Of a stretch of DNA of 64,000 nucleotides, positions 48,874 to 59,400 are shown in pieces. Source of the stretch: Candidatus Bathyarchaeota archaeon (GTDB taxonomy: Archaea > Thermoproteota > Bathyarchaeia > 40CM-2-53-6 > RBG-13-38-9); contig CAWECG010000003.1 in NCBI GenBank assembly GCA_963807605.1, positions 320,001-384,000 of the forward strand. Direction: 5' to 3'. Below the pieces are notes generated by a model. That model was not told the origin of the DNA. It saw only the letters and a list, made by a program, of their open reading frames with translations, and searched no databases. Every line of letters starts with the position of its first letter. The first letter of the stretch is position 1. Made by a program: the position numbers and the translations under genes.

Positions 48874-49647
48874 ATGTTAACGGAAGGGGAATCAATGTCC
48901 AAGAGGGAATCATATTTCATACGGTCTGAGGGGCCTGACCAAGACAGCGTGAAGAAAGCCTTCTCGTGGCTGCTGCAGAGAGGAAAGCCCCTGGGGTATA
49001 TTGCCCTGAATGTTTACGGTAACCTCGAAGTGGTAATCAAAGACATCGTTGGCGATTTCGGCATCAAATCTCTAAAGCAATATGGCAAGCTCAATGTTTC
49101 AGGTAGCGAGATTCTGCTGGTGACCGAGCGCAAGATGATCTACAACGCAGGAAACGCACCGCTGGTTGCATTCTACCCGGCCAAGAAATTCCTGGACGAG
49201 CTCGACTCAATACCAAACATCTCGGCCATGCTTGTGGTTCCGTGGACTTTATCAGAAGTTGAACCATGGATTCGCGCATGGAACGCAAGCGAACTCGGAG
49301 CCCCTCCAGCGAAACGTATTGAGCCTTTGGTTCGGAACAAGGTTGTCGAGCGGGCTTTGAGAAGTCTCACCTCCTGTGTGAATCTTTCAACTGGCATATC
49401 GCACTCTCGTGATCGCAGTGCCGCTGTCCAGATGTTCGAGATTCTGAGAGATGCCAGAGAGTCATTCGAACCAGAAGAAGTGAAGGCTTGGCTTGTCGGC
49501 GAAGGTGGATGGAAGGCTACAGATGCTGATGAGGTTGCAGAAGTCGCCAGAAAGATTCTGGCAGGCCGAAAACTGAGGACAGGAATGCCCGCATGGGCTG
49601 ACAACATTCTTGACATCTGGAAGAAAGAAGTGGCGGAGAGCTCTTAG
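48874..49647 (+). CDS. Hypothetical protein, C-terminal DUF1889(YoaC)-like domain
   Basis: AL..L...VN.STG....D.S.A...F..L.....E.V.AW....GW pattern recalled from DUF1889. Confidence 0.5.
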   Translation: MLTEGESMSKRESYFIRSEGPDQDSVKKAFSWLLQRGKPLGYIALNVYGNLEVVIKDIVGDFGIKSLKQYGKLNVSGSEILLVTERKMIYNAGNAPLVAFYPAKKFLDELDSIPNISAMLVVPWTLSEVEPWIRAWNASELGAPPAKRIEPLVRNKVVERALRSLTSCVNLSTGISHSRDRSAAVQMFEILRDARESFEPEEVKAWLVGEGGWKATDADEVAEVARKILAGRKLRTGMPAWADNILDIWKKEVAESS

Positions 49648-49743
49648 ACCAGGCGCACTTTGATTCTTGATGCTAGCTTGCTCATCAAGAAATGGTGCAG
49701 AAATCCGAGCTAGAAGCGTTGTGGTGTTAACCGGGAGTGTTAT

Positions 49744-49824
49744 GGGCCCGCCCGGAACTGGACCGTTCTTGTAGCTGGTTTTAGAGTCAAATTCACGCGG
49801 GTTTGGCCCTTGCAGGTTCAAACT
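49744..49824. repeat. Family-B repeat, copy 4, with degenerate tRNA 3' fragment
   Basis: GGGCCCGCCCGGAACTGGACCGTT...GTCAAATTCACGCGGGTTTGGCCCTTGCAGGTTCAAACT aligns with copy 1. Confidence 0.65.
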
Positions 49825-49864
49825 ATTCTAGAGATACCAAAGCGCTTATGGTTTACAGGCTCAA

Positions 49865-49899
49865 CGGGATGCGGTCCCGCGATAACGCAAGGGTTCAAC
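49865..49899. repeat. Family-A repeat, copy 1
   Basis: CGGGATGCGGTCCCGCGATAACGCAAGGGTTCAAC. Confidence 0.85.
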
Positions 49900-50172
49900 A
49901 TTTCTATAGGTGCCCCTCACGAGTCAGAACTCGTGATTCTGAAGTCTCCATGTAGGTACCCAACGCGATCTCGTGTCATTCGGTAGCTATAGGACTATTT
50001 AATGGGAGCCGGTATGGAGCGTGCCCCTTCCTTAGTCTCTGCTCCTAGTCATCCTTCCCCAAGGTTTTGCTGGCACTTCAGCCATACTCAGCCGAGATAA
50101 GAAGGCATATCCGCAAGTTGTCTGAAGTCTTTATGTTATTGATGGTAATATTCCTCCTGGTGCATTATTCCT

Positions 50173-53100
50173 TTGACCGAGGCTCTTAGAGAAACACTAA
50201 CCTGGTTGTTTCTTTGTGCACCCATCATTCAAGAGCTTGGAAGTTCTGTCCTCAAAGACTTAGGAATAGCGCTGTCGGCTGATCAACTACCACACGTAGT
50301 CGAGAAGATAGCTGACCACGTCCGACCTCGAACACCATCAACGATTTTCAAAAGCGCTTTCAAGAAATCGGTAAAGCAACTGAGGAAAAAATGGAAAACA
50401 GAAACTATCAAAGATCTGGACAGAATGACCGAGAACATATGGAAGAATGTACGAGACTTAGTCAACAGTATGACTATCGATGAAATCATTGGTGACAAGC
50501 CGAAAATTATTCTACGACGAGCAATTGAGATCGCAGACGTCAAATTGGATGATGCTGAGTATGAAGAGCTTTTTCTTACTCTGAAACGTGGCCTTTCCGA
50601 CGAAATCGTCTCGCATGAGGATTCATTTCGAGAAATCGTTCTCCAGTCACTACAGGTAATGAATGAAAATCTGAGTCTCACAAGGCAGTTTACAGGGCAA
50701 GGAAGGTTACGAGTGTATCGTTCCCTCGAATCCCTCAAGTTAGGCTTCGATGCTTTGCTCGGTGGACGGATCGAGGTTATAGAAAGGGATGACGCTAGAA
50801 AGCTGGCTGAGGAATTAGCGAAGAAGAAGCTAAAGGTAGTTGTGGAAGGACCACCATTTATTGGAAAGTCATGCGTCGCCTATTTAGTGGCGAAACATTG
50901 GATAGCAAAAGGAAAATCCGTCGCGATGATTCGAGGAGAGATGCTACCGGCAGACATTAAGATTCTTCAAGAAAATCAAGATCTTCTCTTGATTATTGAT
51001 TCCTCTAACTTAGGTCTATCCTGGAGCGATGTGCCCAGTCAAATAGAAATCGCTAACAGAGCTCTAGTGGTGAGAAGGTTTGGAGATCCTCGAGGTATTA
51101 ATGTAAATGATGTCAGAGACTATCTGGATAGTTTCGAGTACACGGCAAATATTTCCGAGAAACTCGGTGTATCCAAGATAAGACTTAGGCTCGGGCAAGA
51201 GCTTCGTATGGATCTCGTGATTGCGTCACTCTCAAAAGAGTTCGCAATAGTGATTAGTGACGAATTAAGTGAAGACTTTTCGAGAATCTGTAAAGGGCCG
51301 GGTTTTGAGCCTATACCCGGATTAGCCAGGCTTCTTTTCATCTTCTTGAAGAAATTAATCGATCAAGGCTCGGTTAGATCCCCTGTCTTGGCTACTGATG
51401 TAGAATACGCAATGATAACTCTCAGCAAGCTATCCAAGTATGAAGCAATGATAAAGCAGTTACTTTCCTGGCTAGGTGATGACATAGTCGACTTTTTGGT
51501 GACTCTCAAGTTTCTGCAACCATACTTAGGCTATTCCAATGTCTTCCTAAAAGAAACGGTAGAATCCACACATCACGCGTATCACAAGAAACCACTTGAA
51601 GAACGGATCCTAAGGGATTTGAAAAGGTTAAGCATTCTCATGGACGTCGGCGACGCCCCCTTCTACTTACTTTGGCATGGTTTTTTGGCGGATGTTGTGG
51701 AGCTGCAAACTTCCCATGCCAAACTTATACTCACAATCAAAGACTTGACCTCCGATTTGGAAAAAATCCTCTCTACAACCCCCACTAACAACCTCCTCAG
51801 ACTAGATACGGGAAGAATCGAGTGGGATGTTGATCCAAAAGAAGCGATACGAAACCTGAAGAGATGTATGACTGTTTTCGAAATTAGATTCGTAGCAGGA
51901 GAATTTCTTGCGGTCAAAATCCTAGATTCTTTAGATCTGGATGATCTCGAAAGGTCTGGAGAGTCGATGCAAAAATACTTTGAACTGCTCGGCGACGATG
52001 AGTATGGAAATGAGATCAAAATCAATGTTTTGAGTACGCTTCCACTGTTGGTCGGCTCAACGAATCTGATAGAGTATCTTGCCCGCGTGAATAAAATCGC
52101 CCTTCACACCATTCAAAAAATGCCAGAGCCCCAAGATGGACTTCATAATTTCTATTCAATGTGTATCGCAAAGATCATTGAATCATCAACCTTAAATGAT
52201 GCAGTTAAAGAGAACTACATCGGCCATGTTGACAACATGGCAATCCAAGCTTTCGAGGGGATTCCAAACCCCGAATCAGGGTTCATGAACTACTTTTCAA
52301 TGCGGATCTCGAAGACAGCAAGCCCGAAAAGTATCAGTTTAGAAAATAAGAAACGCTGGATAAGCTACCTCAACAATAAAGCATTAGAGGTTATCCACAG
52401 AAGATCTAACCCTGACAATATGCTGTGGAACTACTATTCACTGGCTATCTCGCATATAGCTACATCGAAGTTCATCGAGGAACAGGACAAGGATCTGTGG
52501 GTGGCCTATGTAGACAATATGGCAACCCAAGTTTTCAGTAGCTTGCGGAATCCTTTGGAACACTTTTCTAACTACTATTCAATGTGTATCGCAAAGATAA
52601 TTGAACTTACAACCATAGCAAATGAAGATAAGGAGAAATTGACAATTCATTTAGACAGGAAAATCTTCCAGAAAGTCCAAGAGAGACCTAATCCCGAAGA
52701 TATGGTATCAGACTATTATGCTGGGTGCATTATCCATGTAATCGAATCTCAATTGCTCCAGAATGAAGAGAAGGAACAATGGATAAATTGGATCGAGATG
52801 ATGGCTAATAGGACATTCGAGAAAATGACGAATCGGGAAATACTATTCGCCGTCTTCTATTCAATGTCCATCGTAAAGACTGCAGGCTCCCCATTGGTTA
52901 AGGATAAAGACAAGGAAGATTGGGCAGTTAGAATCTTAATTAGGGCAGAAGAAACGGGACACTTTTCAGATATGATGATACTCAAAACACTGACCGAACT
53001 TGCGCTGCACAGGATATCTCTTGACAGTCTTTGGCAGATGATGATAGCGAGAACATTAAGAAAGGAAGAGCTACGATTCTCTCTTGAACTAATGATACAA

Positions 53101-53175
53101 CAATTTGGAGATTATGCAGGTCTCGACACTAGTGAACCCCTAAGAATTGTGAGACAAATGTTCGGTCCTATGTAG
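50173..53175 (+). CDS. P-loop (STAND-like) ATPase with about six 47-aa C-terminal helical repeats
   Basis: Walker A GPPFIGKS, Walker B LLIID; repeats of consensus N[YF][YF]SMxIxKIxxS...KExWxxxxDN.A......NP. Confidence 0.65.
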   Translation: MTEALRETLTWLFLCAPIIQELGSSVLKDLGIALSADQLPHVVEKIADHVRPRTPSTIFKSAFKKSVKQLRKKWKTETIKDLDRMTENIWKNVRDLVNSMTIDEIIGDKPKIILRRAIEIADVKLDDAEYEELFLTLKRGLSDEIVSHEDSFREIVLQSLQVMNENLSLTRQFTGQGRLRVYRSLESLKLGFDALLGGRIEVIERDDARKLAEELAKKKLKVVVEGPPFIGKSCVAYLVAKHWIAKGKSVAMIRGEMLPADIKILQENQDLLLIIDSSNLGLSWSDVPSQIEIANRALVVRRFGDPRGINVNDVRDYLDSFEYTANISEKLGVSKIRLRLGQELRMDLVIASLSKEFAIVISDELSEDFSRICKGPGFEPIPGLARLLFIFLKKLIDQGSVRSPVLATDVEYAMITLSKLSKYEAMIKQLLSWLGDDIVDFLVTLKFLQPYLGYSNVFLKETVESTHHAYHKKPLEERILRDLKRLSILMDVGDAPFYLLWHGFLADVVELQTSHAKLILTIKDLTSDLEKILSTTPTNNLLRLDTGRIEWDVDPKEAIRNLKRCMTVFEIRFVAGEFLAVKILDSLDLDDLERSGESMQKYFELLGDDEYGNEIKINVLSTLPLLVGSTNLIEYLARVNKIALHTIQKMPEPQDGLHNFYSMCIAKIIESSTLNDAVKENYIGHVDNMAIQAFEGIPNPESGFMNYFSMRISKTASPKSISLENKKRWISYLNNKALEVIHRRSNPDNMLWNYYSLAISHIATSKFIEEQDKDLWVAYVDNMATQVFSSLRNPLEHFSNYYSMCIAKIIELTTIANEDKEKLTIHLDRKIFQKVQERPNPEDMVSDYYAGCIIHVIESQLLQNEEKEQWINWIEMMANRTFEKMTNREILFAVFYSMSIVKTAGSPLVKDKDKEDWAVRILIRAEETGHFSDMMILKTLTELALHRISLDSLWQMMIARTLRKEELRFSLELMIQQFGDYAGLDTSEPLRIVRQMFGPM

Positions 53176-53212
53176 ATGTGGTCAGAGAGTTCAGTCACCC
53201 AGTATGACAGAC

Positions 53213-53283
53213 CGACGGGATACTAACCCGCGATAACACATGGGTTAACTTCTTGATCTGAAGTCATCGGAGCAACGCGCGCG
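53213..53283. repeat. Family-A repeat, copy 2 (long form)
   Basis: CGACGGGATACTAACCCGCGATAACACATGGGTTAAC plus TTCTTGATCTGAAGTCATCGGAGCAACGCGCGCG. Confidence 0.9.
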
Positions 53284-53410
53284 ATTCTGTGAGAATTCAT
53301 TAGGATTTTTGAAAGTAGCTTACTCTGTGTCCTTACTGTTGGGTCGATAGCAGCACGCGTGCTCAAAGCGATCGTGATTATGTTTAGACCTGAGATTTCT
53401 TTCTTTATTG

Positions 53411-56400
53411 TCAGTGTAGTATTTGAGCAACTTTAGTTACTTGTTCTGGGTAGAACTTTACAAGCAAGCTACATACAACATCAGCAGCTTCAAGATATTG
53501 CGCACATGGCATAAGAAGTAGTTTGAACTTTTCTCTATTACCTGTTTCGGCAACTGCTTCGGCCACTCTAACCAGATGCGTGGCACGGTCGGTCAAGATA
53601 TTCCCGGTCGTAAGTAATGCCTCCTCTACCAACCCCCTCGTTGCTTGAGCTCTGGCAATTTCTGCAAGAGCCGGAACTCGGAACATTTCATCATCCATAT
53701 GTTTTGCAGCGTTGATCGCCTGTTCGAATTCACCTTTCCTTACGTAGGCTTCTACGATGGGTTCAAAGGAAGATTGCCCAAAGATATGTTCTTGTTTGGC
53801 AATAATGATCGCTTGTTCATACGGACCAATTTCAGCTTGCGCTCTAATGATATCTTTAAAAATCAAAAGACGTTCTAAGTCGCCAGTTCTTTTTGCGTTG
53901 GTGATTGCCTCTTCAAGTAGTCTATTTGCTGCTTCTTTTTGACCTGATTTAGCCTGAGCTACAGCAATATCTACGAGAGCTGAAAGGCGTGATAGCACCC
54001 CATCCATACTTTCTGTAATAGCTGTTGCTTCTCCAAGAAACCTATGCGCGTCATCCTTTCGATTCAGTTCAGCTTGAGCACATGCAATATCTGCAAGAGC
54101 TTCAGCGTGTGACCAGGCGGCACTTATCTGTTTTGCAATGGTGATTGCTTCCTCAAGTAGTCTATTTGCTGCTTCTTTTTGACCTGATTTAGCCTGAGCT
54201 ACTGCAATGTCCGTAAGTGTTAATACTCGTGATGTTGCGTCGTCTATTTGATTCGCCGTATCTACCGCTCGTGCAAACTCATTCATCCGATTCAGGGCCA
54301 CTACGATATTCTTCAAAGTGAAAGTCCGGATCCATTCGTCGCCTATATGTTTCTCGATACTAGCAACTTCCTCAATAGACTCGCGGGCTGCTTCTTTCTG
54401 ACCTGCTTTGGCTTGGGCGGCAGCAATAGATGCGAGGGACGCCGCTCTTTGCGGCTCATTCTCAATAATAGCCGTGGTACTACTCGCTTGCGATAACTCG
54501 TCCGTTTCTGCTTGAGCTATTGCAATGATTGTGAGAGCAGAATCGCGCGACGATGCATCATCTATATTCTTGGCAATTGAGCTTGCTTTCTCAAGAAGCC
54601 GGTGCGCTCCATCTTTTTGATCCAATCTAGCTTGAGCTACGGCAACGAAAGACAAGGCAACTACTCGTGATCGCATATCATCTATTCTTTCTGTAATGGT
54701 GATTGCTTCCTCAAGTAGTCTATTTGCTGCTTCTTTTTGACCTGATTTAGCCTGAGCTACTGCAATGGTTGCAAGAGCCCAACCACGTTCCCCATCATTT
54801 TTTATTTGTTTTGCGGTAGCAATAACTTCTTCAAGAAGCTCACGGGTTCCCACTTTATGATCCAATTCTGCCAAGGAGTTTGAAATGGCATCGATAGCTG
54901 AAGCACGTCCCTTGTCACCATTTATTCGTTCCAAGGTCATAATCACCTGCTCAAACTTACCCACTTTTATTTGAGCTGTTGCGATTTTTTTGAGCGCTGA
55001 GACTCGCCACGGTGCACGGTCTATCATTTCTTCAATCTTAATGGCTTCTTTGAGGAGTCTATCTACCATCTCTTTCTGGTGCTTCCTGGTTTCAGATCCG
55101 GCGATTCGTGCAAGATATGAAACGGTTTCCCATCTGTCAGCTGCCTGTCTTGTGGTGGCGATCGCCTGCTCAATCTCACCTCTGTCTGCCTGAGCCCTTG
55201 CGATGGATTCAAGAATTGCCCTTCGGGCGAAAATCCGTCCCTCTGCTCTATTCTCCTGTTTGGCAATAGTGATCGCCTGGGGAAACTCACCTTTCTTTAC
55301 TAGAACTTCTACGATATCTCCAAGTGCGGAAGACTTTTCCAATTGAGCATCTATCTGTTTTGCAGTTACGATAGCTTGCTCAATCTCACCTCTTTCAGCC
55401 TGGGCTTGGGCCATGAACAAAAGGGTGAGATCCTGCTGGGACCCCATCTCTTTAGCGAAGGCGATCGCTTGTTCAGACTCACCTATCTCTGCTTGAGCCC
55501 ACGCCAAATTTTGAAAAATCAAGTTTCCAGAATGCACATCGTCTATCTGTTTGGCGGTAGCGATAGCTTCTTGGAGGATCTTATGAGCTTCTTCCTTCTG
55601 GCCCGTTCTTGCTTGAGCTTTCGCGATTTCGGCAAAAGCAAAAACTTGAGAATCTTTATCATCTATCTGTTTTGCGTTAGCTATGGCTTCTTCGAGCACT
55701 TTATGCGCTTCTTCGTTCTGGCCTGATCCTGTTTGAGCTTTCGCGATTTCGGCAAGAGCTCTAACTCGTATTACCCCTTTTTCTATTCTACTTGCTGTAG
55801 TAGTTGCTTGCTTAAACTCGCCTCTTCTTATTTGGTCTTCTACGATGGACTCAAAAGCAGAAGATCTTTCCTGCACATCATCTATCTGTGCTGCGGTGAC
55901 CATTGCTTGTTCAAACTCATCCCTTTCCAATTGGATCTTTACGATCGATTCGAGGATTGAGGCCTGAATTGAAACTCGTTTCTGTTCGTCGTTTATCTCT
56001 CTTGCATAGGTAATCGCTTGTTCGAACTCATCCCTTCTTAGTTGAGCCAGTATGACAGATTGAAGAGCGGAAGATCGTTCTACACTATCTATTTGTTTTG
56101 CAGTGGTTATTGCCTGCTTAAACTCGCCCATTTCTGCTTGAGTGTCTACGATGCTTGAAAGAGCGGATGATCGTTTCCACTTATCGTGTATCTGTTTCGC
56201 GGTGCCAATAGCTTCTTCAAGAAGCTCACGGGCTTCCTCTTTGCGGCCTAATGCTGCTAGGGCTTTTGCAATGTCAGCGATAGCTGAAGCACGTTTCGTT
56301 AGGTCTTCTATTTGTTTTGCAGTGGTTATTGCCTGCTTAAACTCGCCCATTCTAAACTGAGCTTCTGCTATGCCTGTGAGTGCAAAAGCACGGTGCCATT

Positions 56401-59400
56401 CATTATCAATCTGTTTTGCCAGAGTGATCGCATGCCCGACGTCGCCTTTTTTCATGAGCATTCTTGCAATTGAAGCAAAAACTGAGGGCAAGCTTGAAGC
56501 CCACACCATTTGGTTGTCTATTTGACTCACGGCGGCAATTGCTTGGTCAAACTTACCTTCTCTTGCTTCAGTCTCTGCAATACCTGCGAGAGCCCAACCA
56601 CGCCTCCAATCATCTTCTATTTGTTTTGCAGTGGTTATTGCCTGCTTAAACTCGCCCATTTCTGCTTGAGTGTCTACGATGCTTGAAAGAGCGGATGATC
56701 GTTTCCACTTATCGTGTATCTGTTTCGCGGTGCCAATAGCTTCTTCAAGAAGCTCACGGGCTTCCTCTTTGCGGCCTAATGCTGCTAGGGCTTTTGCAAT
56801 GTCAGCGATAGCTGAAGCACGCGATCTCTTATCATCAATCTGCTTTGCATTAGCCAAAGCCTTTAGAAGGAAGCTGCCAGCAACCTCACCCTCGCCCAAT
56901 TCTACCATGGCTTCAGTTACATCTGCAAGAGTCATGGTGCCTTCCGCTGTGTCAAGTAATTGCCTTACAGCGGCGATAGCTTCTTCAAGAAGCTCACGGG
57001 CTTCCTCTTTGCGGCCTAATGCTGCTAGGGCTTTTGCAATGTCAGCGATAGCTGAAGCACGCGATCTCTTATCATCTATCTGTTTTGCATTAGCTATGGC
57101 TTCTTCGAGCACTTTATGCGCTTCTTCCTTCTGGCCTGATCCTGTTTGAGCTTTCGCGATCTTTACTAGAGTTGAAACTCGTGGCTCTTTGCTATCGATT
57201 CGTCCAGCAGTAGCGATAGCTCGCTCAAACTCCATCTTCTCGATGTAAGCTTTTGTGACGGATTCAAATGCCAGTTCACGGGCTGGTTCGTCATCTGCCT
57301 GATCTATGGTGGCTATAGCCTCCTCAAGCTTACCCTCTTTTATATGAGCTACTACAATGCTGTGAAGAGCTGAAGCTTGCCAAGATTCTTCATGCGCTAT
57401 CCTTGCCAACTTTACAGCTTTGCCAAAGAGTGCGGGAGTTGACAGATACTTTGTGTTGGTACTTGACTGCAAATCGCCTAGTAGGCTCTTGACGAGTTCA
57501 GAAATAACATCGGACTGAATATCATGCAGCTTAAGTAACAGGCAGAAAGCACATAAACCCTGCCACCCTGATAGGCTCGTAAGTTCTTTAAGACTTAGAC
57601 GCTCAAGCGTTTGGATCGCTTGATTGTTAAGCCTTTTTTCTTTCAGCGCCCAAGCTAACAGCAAATACCATAGGCTGCAGTATTCAATTTCTAACAAGTC
57701 GGCCAACTGCCAAGCTCGCTGCAGGTTTCCCATCCTTAGAGCTTGCAAGGGAGTCTCCTCAGTAGTTCCAAGCTTCTGTCTGGCATGTAGTATTGAGAAT
57801 TCCACCATACTCGCTGCGTCATCACTTCTAATAGCGGCAACGAGCGCCATCTGAATAGTTCGTAAGGTGACAGTCGGTTCGTCAATCAGAGTCTCTTTTT
57901 GCGCTGATGCAAAGGCATTATCTCTTGCAAGTTTGTAAAGAGCATCGATTTGATTCTCTTCCAGCAAATGCTCTGCATAATGTCTCATTGCATAGCTGCT
58001 TTTGCTCTCTCTCCAGTTGGCACAGTATTCTAGTAGTTTCTGACGATAGCTTTGTGCGTCTCTTTCACTGAAGGCATAACGTCGGTATCCCTCAGCAATC
58101 GCAGAATGAGAATAAAAGTAGAAATTTAGGTTATTCTCTCTTTCTATGGTTAGCCACCTTCTCACTTCCCATGGCAGGCTAACAAAATCCCGTTTGCGAA
58201 GCCCTGTTAGCTCCATAAGATCACTTTCAGAAAGTCGGCTCTTCGCAAATGCTAGTATGCATAAAGCTTCATCCCACTCCTGCCGTACCTTGCCAGCATT
58301 GGCAATTTGAGCCACGAAGTCTTCGAATTTGGACGGCAGCTTGTCGATTATTTCTCTCCAATGTTGTTCATTTGTCTGCTTGAGTTCTTCTGTCAGATGT
58401 CGGAGATAGATGGCTAATCCACCTGTGATTTTCAATAGTTGGCTGACAAATGCAGCATCTTCTGCTTTTGTCTTGAGTCTCTCGTTTCCAGATATCAGCA
58501 GAAGTTCTTTTACTGCAGCAGCGCCCAGCTCAGGTAGAAGGAAGTTCTTCATGGATTGCAGGCCTAGCTGGTCACACAATTTCCGTGTTGTAGCCTCACC
58601 TTCTGTGGCACGTGCTGTGAATATCACTACTGAATTTTCGCCCAATGTCTCAGGAAACAGGCCTTTTCGGAAGGCAAACTCACCGGGGTGTTGCGCATCG
58701 CGCGCTTCGTCTAGCCCATCGACAATAATGACTAATCTTGAAGGATGAGGGTTCGAAAGCACACTGGTGATTATTGCACGCAGTTTCAGCGGTTCGCTTT
58801 CCCATATCTCACCAGTCATGTTATGAACACGTAAAAGCTGTTCACTCAAACATGCAAGAAAGCCGTTGAAATCTTCCGTGCCCCACTTGGAACTAAGAAA
58901 GTGGTAGCACATCTTCAAATCATTTTTTTGTGATGCCAGGGAATTCAGCCAGTGCGCCATAAGGGAAGACTTGCCACCACCAGCAGGAGACGTGGTCAAA
59001 AGGTAACCAGTACCTGAAAGCACGAATTGATTCAGCCTAAAAATTGAATCCTCCCGACCGACAAACGGTGTCCTTTCGGTCAATTCACGCAGTACGCGCT
59101 CATCATGCTGTCGTCGCCTATACTCTACAGTCTCCCCCTCTTGTATAAACCGCCCACTAGTCAGTTCTTTCAGATCTTCGATCGTATGTGCTATCCTGTT
59201 AAGTGCCTCTGATCGCTCATGACTGATCTCCTCCATGCGGCTAATCCCTTCATGGACCAACGACAGCAATTGGACAACTGACTGAGCAAGTTGCGCAAGA
59301 AGACTAGGCACAGTCGCCAGAGTATTCAGCCTAAGCTTCAATTCATCAAACTCCTGTCGCTGTTCTTCAGTAAGGTCGGTCAAACGTATTTTCAACTTGT

